DNA of 64,000 bases from a virus. This document shows positions 19,701 through 28,300 of this stretch, one piece after another. Position numbers and translations under genes: made by a program. The stretch lies in the IMG/VR virus record IMGVR_UViG_3300001847_000440, one strand, 5' to 3'. Within the stretch, counting starts at the first letter, position 1, and every line of letters begins with the position of its first letter. The notes under the pieces were generated by a model. It worked only from the letters and a program-made list of their open reading frames with translations, was not told where the DNA came from and did no database searches.

Positions 19701-22479
19701 CATTGATATATTGTTTTTTTCTGATTGAAAGTTTTAAAAAGTCACCTAGTTTTTTGGCAAGATCTGATCTTTTATCTGGGTTTATAGAGAGTTTATTTAT
19801 ATCACTAAATAGTTTTTCTGTTTCTTTAGTAGATAATTTTCCTATGTTTTTTCTCTGCTCTTCTGCATCCATTCCTTCATACTGACGTATAAGACCAGTA
19901 TATCTTTTCATTAACTGTGGATCTGTACCAATCTCTGAAGTCCTTATCTCTTCAGTTAGCAGCTGCATTCTAAAGTTGGTATCATCTATACCAGATGATA
20001 AAAACATAAGTTTTTCTATGTGTTCATCGTCATATCTTTTTGTGCCATCTGGATTTAATTGTCCCCCATACTTTAAAGTAAGTGCTTTATAATATGTTTC
20101 TGCTCTATCTGCATATTCCTGTACTGAATCTAAATGCTCAAGGTATCCTCTTCTTAAATCAGCAATATTTCCTTCAGCAGGTAAAATGCCCAAAGACTGG
20201 AGATCTTTAATACCTTGGTCAGTAGAAGCTAACTTTCTTTCATTCTTAATATCATTATCAAGGAAAGTTTTTAATCCATATTTTATACGTGGAAAAATGT
20301 AGTTTTCCATTTGCTGAGACCTTAATGTAAGTTCAGCCTCTTTATTTCCTTCCCTTATAGCTTGTAAATACTCTCTTCTAAGACTTGTACCTCTCTTGGC
20401 ACTATTTACCATTGCTCTTGTAACACTACGTAAATAAGTATTATTATAGGCATCTATAGCTCTATTAGTGAGAGTATTAATACTAGCCTCTCTTTCTCTT
20501 TCTGCTTTTGCACCACCACCCACTTGATGCATAAGAGTACCTGTAGTTATACCAAGTATCATGTCTTTAATACCCTCAGCAGTAAATATTCCTTTTACAT
20601 TGCTTCCAAGAGCATCTCCAATCATAGAGAGATCCTTAAAGAAATCATCATTCTTTGTATCAAACTTTTTTTCATAGTAACTCTCTACACTTGTAGGTGC
20701 AAGGCCAAACTCAAGAAAACCAAAACCAGGTGCAAATGATATATTTTTCCATAAGAACTTTGGCACACTTTTTAGAGTACTTGATACTCCTTTTTTAGGC
20801 TGTACTTCTTGTTGTTCTATTGGGGTCTGGTCTACAAGGTCTCTTTCTTTATCATACTTTGCTTTTATAACTTTAGCTTCCTCACTTTCTGTATAAGTAG
20901 CTGCAGTACCATCTGCTACTTTTGTTTTAGACAGTTCTTCTTGTTCTCTTTTCTCAATTTCAGAAAGTTTTTCTTTTGCTTCCTGACTTATAGATGGTTC
21001 TGTTTTACCCTTACGAAGAACACTTTCCTCAGCAGTTCTTACTTGAGATACTTTGCCAAACTCATCTATTACAGCAGGCTCATCTTCTATAAGATCTTTT
21101 ATACCATTACGTACAAACTGTTCTCCTTCTTTTTTGGCAAGAAGTGCATTCCAGCTACCATGTAAAGTAACAGCACCCATTATTGTCATAAGAGCACCTG
21201 TAACTCCACCTGCCCTTGCTGCAAGATTATCTATTCTGTCTAATTCTTCTTTAGTAGGAGTACGTCCCTGAGATAGTATCTGATTAACCATCTTCTCCCT
21301 GAAATTAGTAGAAGTCTGATATGCAGAAGACTGAGCCATACCAAGATTAGTCACAAGACCAACTGTAGCTCTATGAAATTTATCAAAGTTTTTGACAAAT
21401 GGATTATCTGCTTTTTTTATATATTTAGATGATATTTCATATATTAATTTATCTTGTGCTGCTTTTTTCTCAGTAGCTTCCATGCCAGACTGAGTTATTC
21501 TGTCCATACCAGACATAAGTTCTTTTACTGCCTCTTGTCCTAATTCTCCTTCAGGTAAACCAGCAGCAATATCAGCAGATTCAATAATAGCTTTATTATA
21601 TTCAGGGCCCATTAAAGATTCACCTATTTTAGGCAAAGGCATTTTTGCTCTGGATTCTGCAATAGCTTGAAGACCTCTTTCAAACTCTGCACCACCACCT
21701 ATTGTTCTTTCAAGACCAGTACCAATCCTTGCCAAACCTGCCCCTAAAGTTCCCTCTGCCATAAAACCTATTGCTGCAAAACCAGCAAGGTCTCCTACTG
21801 TAGATAAAAAACTATTAAGAGTATTAGCACTCATCCAGTAATCAGGTGAATACCATGCAGCATTTTTACGTTTACTTGATTCGTATATCTCAAATCCTTT
21901 CCACTTATCAAGTGCTTTCATGTAAGGGTTATCATAAAAGGCAGAACCTTTTCCTTCTCCTATCATGTACCCAACACCAACAAGTGGTGCAGTAATACCC
22001 TCCACTACAGTCTTGGTAAAACCATTGACCATATTGGCAACACTTTTAATAGTTCTTTCTCCTGTACTCTGTTGGTTGTATGCCCGATCTTCAAGAGTCT
22101 GGTTATCCTCACCAGGTCTCATATAATCAAACCTCTGTGGATCACCAACAAACTCACTTCTCAGGTAAGACGTTTTAGGTGTAGTGCTTAATTTTTGGGC
22201 AAACTGTGCATCTTGAGCAAGTATTTGGTCAAGTACTGTACTCTTTTTTTCCTTTTCTCCTCCTGCACCAAAATCAACTATAGGCACTAATTGTGGGAAA
22301 CCAGCTTCAGAAATAGAAGGCATAGGTTGTCTTCCTATCTCCTGCATAGCTTGCCTGTCTTCAACCCCTTCTTGTACATGGTATCCCCAATCAGCCATGC
22401 CTGTATATTTACCTGGTTCAGCTTGTTTGGCCGGAGCACTAGGTGCTTGTGGTAATTGAACCGGAGTATTGTCTGCCAT
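7696..22479 (-). CDS. Virion RNA polymerase polyprotein (4927 aa), crAss-like
   Basis: Catalytic GIDFDIDK at 10966-10980 and upstream FRVPTQ; zincin HEQWH near 15705-15722; hydrophobic Gly/Ala-rich N-terminal segments; position in the cargo module. Confidence 0.9.
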   Translation of the reverse strand: MADNTPVQLPQAPSAPAKQAEPGKYTGMADWGYHVQEGVEDRQAMQEIGRQPMPSISEAGFPQLVPIVDFGAGGEKEKKSTVLDQILAQDAQFAQKLSTTPKTSYLRSEFVGDPQRFDYMRPGEDNQTLEDRAYNQQSTGERTIKSVANMVNGFTKTVVEGITAPLVGVGYMIGEGKGSAFYDNPYMKALDKWKGFEIYESSKRKNAAWYSPDYWMSANTLNSFLSTVGDLAGFAAIGFMAEGTLGAGLARIGTGLERTIGGGAEFERGLQAIAESRAKMPLPKIGESLMGPEYNKAIIESADIAAGLPEGELGQEAVKELMSGMDRITQSGMEATEKKAAQDKLIYEISSKYIKKADNPFVKNFDKFHRATVGLVTNLGMAQSSAYQTSTNFREKMVNQILSQGRTPTKEELDRIDNLAARAGGVTGALMTIMGAVTLHGSWNALLAKKEGEQFVRNGIKDLIEDEPAVIDEFGKVSQVRTAEESVLRKGKTEPSISQEAKEKLSEIEKREQEELSKTKVADGTAATYTESEEAKVIKAKYDKERDLVDQTPIEQQEVQPKKGVSSTLKSVPKFLWKNISFAPGFGFLEFGLAPTSVESYYEKKFDTKNDDFFKDLSMIGDALGSNVKGIFTAEGIKDMILGITTGTLMHQVGGGAKAEREREASINTLTNRAIDAYNNTYLRSVTRAMVNSAKRGTSLRREYLQAIREGNKEAELTLRSQQMENYIFPRIKYGLKTFLDNDIKNERKLASTDQGIKDLQSLGILPAEGNIADLRRGYLEHLDSVQEYADRAETYYKALTLKYGGQLNPDGTKRYDDEHIEKLMFLSSGIDDTNFRMQLLTEEIRTSEIGTDPQLMKRYTGLIRQYEGMDAEEQRKNIGKLSTKETEKLFSDINKLSINPDKRSDLAKKLGDFLKLSIRKKQYINEYEKLVKQPELYSDAVKDTVVPGVGTTAKDSDTIPGNYIKEVTTKNAGGKIDLKIGETYYAGSRIVPGKTEDGKTERFRAFSKFTVVGEKITGEGEDRKRFITIRTEDGEQDIAEEKFANYKLGSETSLNKPENATAKFYFDNINNKFTYNLGKKKGGEIEGRLEFDSDKDQLLFVPDDTKRKPIEIEREDFSPRPILDKKTGKPVRSGWYYDEEGKPKEGELLYHKEPIVKQVGEITKASKEWIEAKATEKERIRREERLLNRMIAVDEILQNKKALHERAKEDLEHNKLKLEDAQEKLKKAQEEVDKYPARENRGNLTKATKKFLKTQMGVIRDLTRIVNNTEDNIKNIQKRVDDLEQEIDYLSNYNYQESLDPLRLMNAIDDSRTEALIAIEDSTKKIGQLSSFVDKVRDVIKSTMDTFMSYVDDFKSKYPDIPFDISKLDQFRNTLTEKIDQAREMLGEEGAAPYISDMQDILKKIDELEELEIPAKRRDLDNALQEIDKLHSDIEELGKQYNIDSEIYDGFKKVWDDYIKEEKRRLLFDSPVYKAKFAALQGKIQSGENAEGIVGTPQETQKAANEEWSSSKKSVWTVFHSTVNPSHKQRPANGWPKGSFPAQFNNWSDRVNRFIRNGNLGFPIPKDANPKDYVPKDGKLLVMFVTRNNQSKFFDKEFLPETYTSGTDTVNNATDNKRASIALFHVYHDAENGKFHYVDENGKILNEVGNKTQSTDEAVFSFMETAEPERNQVTAEGKDKHRYDATAEEIAMLLKEAEEMRGKILSYDGEPNYYEYSESRGIVNDREGEVYKTSIEKAKLGANTDLRGKIEIPTIGLEGKRVGSVKVGDNLINFPLGYPLFVNNNNVAFLNGIRFGEVPGQVDHLYKVIAAMVDNYYQRADGEVDSIYTNYLSSVLFFSSKTDKKTGIANNQLYLSQDKNMGKVLAFRIGSEKKVTMIPFIPEEVERSKDIIKEWLSGAFHSVSSNALNLSKKGETWSEIPVGFTVDKEGKPSLKKWNSYEEYLLSDQDGKRENIPLTVNMKEPAEFEGPLVNKYFVPDFKDDFFSLKKPAKQPAPEKEPTEGGVEKGAQFGPEETGKKTEETKQPGAPVGQKEPTKKEGVVYDFKTPNTYTDDQGNTYTFIAEISKGKLIVAVRELKDKSGNVLDISEYGDPLNETIRRSKIIKSVLEAEDKPGTKEEVKGAEIITTPPANLAPEPMPEPPPFDVDVAGAVVADVVTQDYGVSASELADMYDAQADSSRVGGSLMAVTGETELYEPGNREEERLAIEATTPQFSYEEVPHIIKDGSGTYAFGRFLNNYIEVAKEAPQGAGFHEQWHGVEDSFLSPSDLKDIKEEFFSREGTYQDRFGRTISYGTPKDIEVKTEKGGRRFFEKDGKRVYIANEYDRREKMAEDFRLFRNKDPRFSSPSKATNFFRRLWNFVQKLFGKKVTQEELFNRVKSGYYKNFKLPVRTSDQPVLMEIAGMTEVEKKATIHGIAWKMIDNLRRSSGGLVKVGEGTILSDMFQPVYEWMKDKYTNPLAQDNIHNIRLAEIEKILTPEQIKARKDNNATKTADIIRVTKADDRQKDLIMQADQRRIGTLTTWLKLTNEDNTAFKPEVVRGMKEFFRKYKIVFDEKMSNKKAKEAIEAALAEDMLDQQDKHHKEDSDTKDYHVEDVKDRGYDVEYMRIDAIGGAPIEVKLLFAFSPQPKEGSKNPNINKYFGQPLDTANIQFDLTHLQLPTLINARKMMVKVLNGLAGITDKKAMQRRMFEMAAAEPGLVRIYDAVYGKPASQLTRDEYRLRISFTKWASKMKPAYVSVKLDEDGRTYIIDSNIDTDTKLIRAEWFSNIRNSPHLTRVDDVNSGYQLNKKAIKPVDTTNNASVIDFLRSVHLPVTNEIFSKLNKSEGADLRKAAGDVYSMLKADMFITKASFDMEGPLNRLTSLIAKAEHLRMPTSHRNVEGNAVMNHVMYNGLNRLVQSVIQAGTIDKLRDLQPRLFADTWSKNNYWIQKGGPLFKEDGTIREEVKEGQSFVMTVTEGLINDNTDNTSNKTLNRGSRMMTTLNMLLGQKGMGIFYNFIPADSGNESGLRVPHFITKDEYKSGSYKKKVEDRAIQYLSEEIELIKENTNNQRIVTKESKKNGTSLQVFKKILSRELGKDGKSTPLLDVVTDYARDPKDVTTEDFMKSILPGTTRTIEQRVKDAFWKDREARMNSLFDFLVDRRLLSVAGENKDGKIYKWFNINNDFTERMEYGTDTFTEKNVKNILEYANLNLFFHNNELARMFYGPWYEMSDPTKRHKLYQSGTESTYSGDPEFNTWYNNTQNTIGGVVLNDGEFSKVSSSDELKCFIFNHDKGIYSAYHSTIEKKLIEKYGEEKGKKLAEPYKSIEDMDGGGILTDFAWKQYVIRSSDPWTDEDEAQEQYNRAIAILADANGRNGRTEKKTLRPELRKACEEIRDKGNPQTWATGQPKKPLAVGMLKLEDQNIPFSLKNSVMRMGYDVVEGTGMEDLYWWAHDNKIGYLGPESTEKVGKFPDSPELYKIEKGKGIFNLSSLDESRINKHAQSIGWEDINKIVETAKDKTGKTIGSQAQSIAIANAMSHGLPTDFYDIDTDDYDTKLAEWEALGTEEKKREASEKYALVQDNNRAISEISNRGVDRTLFNLGINKVKTEGGYEYEFSDKQKVIDFLKNEITKRDLPDNLAEALDWEYDSFTGQEKLKYDIEAMPNYEQLSNIIWSHVQKNVVSPKLNGTDNILNSSTLWERKGFRKIINKDGKEFISSSELKFYTPDQVDPVTGKKGTSLMEVYAPNHFRKALEKWAAKTGRKLPSNAELMKHLMTEDGELTKEGYKLLAAVGFRVPTQGMNSLDAVRIVPFKKVLKENGKIDFEKSELFTPNAMGDTMIVPSELVAKAGIDFDIDKMGTYNYNFTIDENGLPRYIEFVEDISSEEGLKRIWEQRKEEQRERDLPEQEEKIDKLVKQGVISEKNREEILETALDAKGESFERFKKRIKEQGIKDPWELNSERALQNKYFETMERLITHPDNYEQLVTPNNSDEMIAIEKKINKALNLIDESKGFDYSNLSDIMYLVNERQDYLDLKGPVVGMSAIGNTGHIQVQGTYVEVGDNGTASEYERKSLGDFKIYLPHAQLKRGDRMVTTYSGSKNRIGNYISDFISQLINGAVDGVKNKWLIRLMKNKDVLSTSIFLGRCGVDPEYVFTFMNQPSIQEYIKQLEINKTLKGIDPDVAEKRDDIIARTLSATYKDQGEEEMTARRSDLAPGEEMFTLKELYNGLELTGRGVKMSEMNEAEREFQRQVLFEYLKYTTLATSGSLREQMGNNVNNMKNTSRNNIVLKQERNRVAKEQGLLGTTVAMFKDGKNLQSVILNNLIEVKRAIDKMLPLGAAEVVEKMSRVFTDFNKFLPDDKRAKIMNNILSTYINFAIETVGERNFKPLNRSIKELMVDPKTNTARLLGEIRRNPNIKGDLKALLTEGLGSIGVKLTSNPEAVKNVTTIMKPDNALESDSITDAFRELRDNPNTAELYKKILYTALLQSGVKDTRESYAKMIPNEDWIKYVQPVLDIMKDPKSPVAMNFEKTMSFYRNNYRDSDIVPKIQGYFNYETFSTEYNFYYDSKIEGYLKKVLAQPAYKGYEIPGILKVSAASANSRYPVVKIVDQVTKPDGTAYTKAEKNEMAKKKDYSFVRTRLFQQVMDESGESPFVITYDKRGNPVYAYKEINPWGDGNALQEHYEEPRPSVLNRGYAALELTDKWVREATNPEGQSAINQVNLPKSNIEYLGSDSPDVPKATRPQVNLPAAGTAINSTLPDYKGGYSTAGKGTPQGDGKDAAMRQVSDGFIGEVKYTTVDDSMKSLRTKGIGETSTETSWNTISDNSQKNKVLRGNPQNNKQGVAVNVNEAKVIMLARNAESGNKPLNSTTKYDINAAHSRGASFVVGDMPGVDSKFVEYLNEIGAKYTIFHTGSESRIKRISVNSEKTEADKLKDEVKQKGKTC
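7760..8260 (-). other. C-terminal SLOG/YspA-like nucleotide-binding domain of the RNAP polyprotein
   Basis: GKGTPQGDGKDAAM...IMLARN...FVVGDMPGVDSKFVEYL...YTIFH, a GDxxGVD-type motif. Confidence 0.5.
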
Positions 22480-22482
22480 ATA

Positions 22483-25218
22483 TTATTTTTGTAGTAGTTG
22501 TAAAGTTCTATTTTGAATCATTCTATTGTCAAAGTCTTTAGCAATAGCATCAAGGTTATCCTCTAATGGATCACTGCTTACTAGTTGAGCATCTTCAACA
22601 TTATTACCTATAAAAGTATGTCTAATAAAATACTTACCATCACTATTATAAGTAAGTCCTTGTCTTATTTGTTTTCCTTTGTTGGCCCCCACTGTTTCAA
22701 CTCCTACAATAAAAGACTCTTTCCAGTTAGGCTGCCCATTTGAATAAGTACTTAATCTTTCGTTCTTAAGAATACTTTGTTTTAAAGCACTGTTGTAAGC
22801 AGTTGGTATGTCCTTAAATAAATCATTAAAATTAGGATCTGTTATTTCTATAGGTATCTCTGTCTTATCACCATGTTTTATTATTATGTACTTTTTATCG
22901 TTAGTAGGATCTATCCATGTTTGTACCAAATCTGCTTTAAAATCTCTTTGATTGAAGAATGAACTAATAATTGCATTTTCATCAGTTTTTGTATTAAGCC
23001 TTCCTTCTCCATTTATAGCAGTCTTAACTCTTTGGAAAAATACATCATCATCTTTACCAGTAATAGGATGAGTCTGTATAACTCCTACAGGTACCATGTG
23101 TCTAGTATTTAACCAGTCATTATTAAAGTTAATTTGTTCTCTTAGTATGTCTGTGCTAGGTACTACAACATCATAAACGTCTTTTGTGCTATACATTTTA
23201 TAATATTTTTGCCAAGAACCAGCCCCAAATTTTTGATTAAATTTATTTATTAAAGATTGGTCATAACTTGTTACTAGTCTATTATCTTCTTTACCAGCAG
23301 GTTTTATTACAACTGGAGACAATAACTCTTGCAAAAAAGCATTTTGTTTGTTCCCTTCTTTGTCAGTTATGTTATTGTAATTTAACTGATTGAAGAAGTT
23401 TGTTAAATCTTGTGTAGTAGCATTTATTCCATTTTTCTTGGCAATCTGTTCAAAGTTATGATAAAGGTTATCTATCATCTTATCAAGTCTATCTTTACCT
23501 GCAGCTTTTCTTGCATTATCCATTTCCTCAATTGCTGCATCATTTACTGTAACAAGATTCTTTTGTTGTATTAATCCTTGTACACGTTTTATAGTTTCAT
23601 CACTTATTTTTGTTCCTTTTTCATCTGTATTTTTTCCATAACTTACAGCAGTAAGATAACCATTTAGTATATCATCTATCTTTTTCTGATTAGCAACAGT
23701 TGATCCACTTGCATCAGCTATTACAGATAATGCCCCTGTAGCCGGATCTTTTTTTATTAATTGTTTAGCTTGTTCTCCTTGAGTGTCAAATATAAATTTG
23801 AGTTTAGAAGCTTCATACTGTTTTTTATTTGCAACTGCTTGATTATGGAACCTACCATTTACATCTTCTAAATCTCTGCTAGATGCAGGCTGCTGAGAAA
23901 ATATTTGATTACCAGCAGTTAATTCTGGATGTAGTAAAGCAAATTCTTTTAATTTATCTTTTCTATTCTGCTCATACTCCCTTATATTTTCATCAAGTAC
24001 AGCTCTTTCATGATTAACTGTATTAATATTCATTCTCGCAGCTTCCTTAAACCGCATTAACTCCAATAATTTAGTAAAAGGATCTCCTTCATAGGTAATA
24101 GATTCTTTTGTTTTACCACCAAACTCATGCTGCTTTTGTAAAATAAAACTTTCTTTGTAGTATTCATTTCTTATTTTCTCATTATTATTAGGATCTCTGA
24201 ATATAGCTTTATCATTCTCAGGGTCCCATTTTATATACTCTGTATTTTTATCTTGGATCTTTTTTACCTGAGCATCAATTAAAGAGTTTCTTTGTTCTGG
24301 GTTCATATTTTTATACTCATCAGGAGGCATACTTGTACCTGCTTTTACAGAGTTTAAGTAGTCTATATATTCATTATTAAAGTTTACCTTCTGTGCTCTT
24401 TGGTCTTTCATTAACTCAGAGTACTGTTCTTCTGTAAAACTTTTTGTAGCACTATATGCATCTATCTCCAACTGTTTAGCAATACTTGGATTATTCCTAA
24501 TACCTAGCTCTAAAACATTTTTTATCTCACTAGGAGGAACCTGTTCCCACTCATTTGTTCTTTTACTCCACTGTAAGTAACTAGATTCTTTTAAAATAGG
24601 TAATCCATCTCTTCCTTTTAATATCTTACCATTTTTGTCTGTTTGGTACATATCAGTAGAAGGGGTATCTATTTTTCTCCACTCAGGTTTAATATTTTTG
24701 ATTGTATCATTTGCCCATTTATTGGCATCTTGATACTGAGTATACTCTCCTTTAAAAGATGTATTTATATCACTTTGTAAATACGGGTTAAGGTACTTCT
24801 CCTCAAAGTATGCTTTATTATTAGATGCTGCTGCTCCATTTTCTTCAATGTCACTGTCAAGCATTTTCATATGCTTTCTTATTTTAGCAACATCTGCAAC
24901 TGCATTTTGAATAACAGGATCTCCTGCAATAGATGTAATAAGACCGGCAGTAGCTTTCTGTACAGCTTGATTAGACCAATCTGTATTTACATCTTTGTTA
25001 AGATAAGAATGTATCTGATTTACTTTTTGCTGAAGGTATTTTACTTTTTCCTCACCTACTACAGGTAAGGTAGCTGCATAATCATACAGTTTATTAACCT
25101 TCTCTACACCTGCTTGGTAGTCAGCTTCCTTCTTCATAAGAAGCTTACCATACAATTCTGCATTGACTTCTGGTTGGTAAGCTGCAAATTGTTTGGGTTG
25201 TGATAAATAACTTGCCAT
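22483..25218 (-). CDS. Cargo/ejection protein (911 aa)
   Basis: Helical protein immediately upstream of the vRNAP gene; N-terminus FAAYQPEVNAELYGKLLMKKEADY is typical of this slot in crAss-like phages. Confidence 0.65.
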   Translation of the reverse strand: MASYLSQPKQFAAYQPEVNAELYGKLLMKKEADYQAGVEKVNKLYDYAATLPVVGEEKVKYLQQKVNQIHSYLNKDVNTDWSNQAVQKATAGLITSIAGDPVIQNAVADVAKIRKHMKMLDSDIEENGAAASNNKAYFEEKYLNPYLQSDINTSFKGEYTQYQDANKWANDTIKNIKPEWRKIDTPSTDMYQTDKNGKILKGRDGLPILKESSYLQWSKRTNEWEQVPPSEIKNVLELGIRNNPSIAKQLEIDAYSATKSFTEEQYSELMKDQRAQKVNFNNEYIDYLNSVKAGTSMPPDEYKNMNPEQRNSLIDAQVKKIQDKNTEYIKWDPENDKAIFRDPNNNEKIRNEYYKESFILQKQHEFGGKTKESITYEGDPFTKLLELMRFKEAARMNINTVNHERAVLDENIREYEQNRKDKLKEFALLHPELTAGNQIFSQQPASSRDLEDVNGRFHNQAVANKKQYEASKLKFIFDTQGEQAKQLIKKDPATGALSVIADASGSTVANQKKIDDILNGYLTAVSYGKNTDEKGTKISDETIKRVQGLIQQKNLVTVNDAAIEEMDNARKAAGKDRLDKMIDNLYHNFEQIAKKNGINATTQDLTNFFNQLNYNNITDKEGNKQNAFLQELLSPVVIKPAGKEDNRLVTSYDQSLINKFNQKFGAGSWQKYYKMYSTKDVYDVVVPSTDILREQINFNNDWLNTRHMVPVGVIQTHPITGKDDDVFFQRVKTAINGEGRLNTKTDENAIISSFFNQRDFKADLVQTWIDPTNDKKYIIIKHGDKTEIPIEITDPNFNDLFKDIPTAYNSALKQSILKNERLSTYSNGQPNWKESFIVGVETVGANKGKQIRQGLTYNSDGKYFIRHTFIGNNVEDAQLVSSDPLEDNLDAIAKDFDNRMIQNRTLQLLQK

Positions 25219-25322
25219 TACATTTAAGTTTAATATCTAACAACCTTAGTTAGGATATGTAAAACTACAACAAATCTTTCTTCTAAGTTAGTTAGACAAA
25301 TTATATTTCCTATCTGGTTTAG
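25219..25322 (-). promoter_or_regulatory. Intergenic region with candidate promoter TAGTTTTAC (25267-25259) and two CTAACTAA-containing hairpins
   Basis: Resembles the Bacteroidota -7 element TAnnTTTG; stems ATATCCTAAC/GTTAGATAT and TCTAA/TTAGA. No -33 TTG found. Confidence 0.35.
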
Positions 25323-28300
25323 TTAGGACTTTCTCTTTTTGGTTTTCTTTTTCTTTTCGTAGTAAGAAGTATCACCACCGGGTGAATACCTAGAAGCCAT
25401 CATACCACTCATCATGCCTTGTCCTGCACCATGACCCATTCCACCACCTACAGCACCACCACCAAAGTATGTTCTGTTTATACCTGGTATGTAGTCACCA
25501 AAGTAAGCTACTGGCCCACCATAATATTGACTACCTTTTTCTTCTGTAGTCTCTTTAGTAGTTTTCTTCCCTTTTGAATCAGTTGTAGTCTGTGTCTTTT
25601 TAGACTTTACTGTTTCTGGATCAAGATCAGCAGGTGTTACTGTACGTGGATCAAATGTTTCTCCTGGATGTAGCATTTCCCATTTTTTCTTTGTTTCTGG
25701 GTTATATGCCCAACCAGAGTATTGTTCATACATGCCTAGTTGTAGATTCTGAGCTCTTCTTGCAGCTTCTTTAGTTGCTATAGACTGAGCAGCTCTAAAT
25801 TTGTCTTCCTCAGTCATAGTTTTAGCCTTGGCCGTCTTTTCAATAGCATCCATGGCCAGTTTAAGATTAGTATCTCTAACACCCCTCATTTCCTGAAGGT
25901 TTCTTGCCAGTATACCTGCTTTATTCTGTTGGTTAAACTGGAACTCTTTAGCATCTACATTGGCTAATTGTTCTGCCATTTGCCCGGCTATAGCAGCTTG
26001 CTGTGCAGGATTTCTTGTTGCTTTAAGGGCAGGTGCATATGCAGCTTGTATAGCATTCTTTTCATTTTGAAAAGACATATTGTATGTAGGCTCCATAATA
26101 GATTGAACCTGCATAGATTGTACCGGCTCAGGTTTACTGAGAAGAGCCATTGCCTCAGGTAAATAGTCTAAAGGTCTGAACTTGTTTCTCATTCCTTTTA
26201 TCTTATCCTTTGACTCTTCTTTTTTACCCCTTGCCTCTACATTAGCTTGCATTTCTTCAGGTGTCATTTTAGTACCATCTGGTTTATATGCCCAAGCTGG
26301 GTGTTCTTGTTCTGGTATTTCAGAAACTACTCCAGTTTTTAATGGGTCAAATTCATATGGCTTTGGAGTAGAGTAATTACCTTTTATATCTGGAGTATAG
26401 TTTGGATCAAACTCTCCTACTGCCCATGGTTTCTTGTTTTTAGTAATAGAAGTATCAATTGGGTCTATTTGAGCACCACCTTGTGCCATCTTCTTTCCCC
26501 ACTTAGCTGATTTGTTAAGCATCTGACTTACATACTTTGGTTCTACACCAAGATTTTCTCCTATTTTAAGAGGGAGATTTTGTGTCTGTGTAGCAATGCT
26601 TTTTAGTGCATTTAATTCTTCCCCTCCTTGTGCTATTTCATCAGCTTTTACATATAGGGCATTTTTAAGTGGAGCTTCATATTGATTATCTTGATTTAGA
26701 CTATTTGATAGTTTTGTAACCTTATCTTTTTCTTTAGCTATCTTATTCTCTCTTTTTGCTATTACGTCTGCAAAGAAATCTTTGAACTTCATTTTTTTAT
26801 TCTTTACACCTGCTTTGTCAAGCAACCATTGTGGTACAGGTAAATTACCACCTACTATACCAGCATTCATAGAGGTACCATCTGCAGCCATGTTACCACC
26901 TGACCACATACCTCCATTATCTACATGGAAAGTCTCACCACCTTCAGCTTCAACCACATTACCATTGTAGGCAATGTCTATACCACCTTCAGAATGTTTG
27001 GGGCCCACAAGTTCAATTGTTTGTGGAGAGAGGTACCTATATTGATTGCCTTCTACTTGCAGCCCTTGTTCTCCCATAGGGACAATACCACCTTGTTCCA
27101 TTGTATATGTGTGATGATACGGTTTGTACATCATACCCATTTTGTGTGGGTGCTGATCCATCATCATATGGTCTTCCATACCTGGGTGGTAACTTGTATC
27201 TACTACACCACCATATCTATATGTTTCTTCACCTGTACTACGTAGTCTGCTTATAGGATCAACTCCTTCTTCCCTATTACCTGCAAAATAATTAGCAGGT
27301 AATCCTTGTCCAGATGCTTTTCTGGTTTTATAATTAGTAGTAGCCTCTGCCATTGTTGGAAAACCAGTAGCAGCAAATCCAGAAGGACTTACTTTAGGTA
27401 CTATCTGTGGGATAACAGAAACCGGTTCTTGTGTTTCTATAGCAGATGCCGGCTTTTCATATAAACCACTCCAATTATCTACAGAATACATTTTGCCATA
27501 ATCTTTGTATAAAGGGTTACTTGCAGTAGCTAATTTTGTAGCATAGTCCCACTGTTGTACTGGTACTTTAGATCTCCAACCATCCTCTGCAGTATAGTAG
27601 TTAGGAGTATCCATCTTCTGTCTCATCTGCTTTGTCATAGGACGGAAGTAAGTATAAGGAGATGGATCTACCTGTGTTATCATAGATGAACCATCTTCTG
27701 CATAACCTGAAGCAACAGCACCAAAATACTTACGTTGTTTCTCTGTTAATGGTTTACCATGTACAGTTTTATCATGAAGTATCTGCCGGGCTTTTGTAGC
27801 AGTAAGACCACCACCTTTTTCCATTGTCATACCATACTCTGCAGCAGCATGACTGCCAAAACCATAAGCTCCTTCTGTAGAAGCCATTGGCAGTGGGCTT
27901 ATATTTTGTTTTGGTTTTGTAAAAGGCATTAAAGAAGATATTCCCTCTAGTAATCCTAATGATAAATCTGGAGTAGATACATCAAAAGACTTAGTAGCTC
28001 CTTTGTTTTTACTACCACCTTCTTTCTTGCCAGGCTGTTGTGTAGTATCTGGTTGTGGTGGTACATTTGGTTGTGGTAAAGCAGTTGGCTGTGTTTCTTT
28101 AGCCTTCATCTGATCATCTAAAGATGGTTGTACACTTTTCCATCTTGCATCATTAGGTGCATTTGGAAGGCTGATAGCACCACCTATAGGAGTATCCCCT
28201 GTTAGTGGAGTATCAGGCATACTTACACCTTCTTGTGCCATCATCATACCATACCTTGCCTGTGGATAAGCAGCAAAGAACTCTTCATCAGAAGGATACT

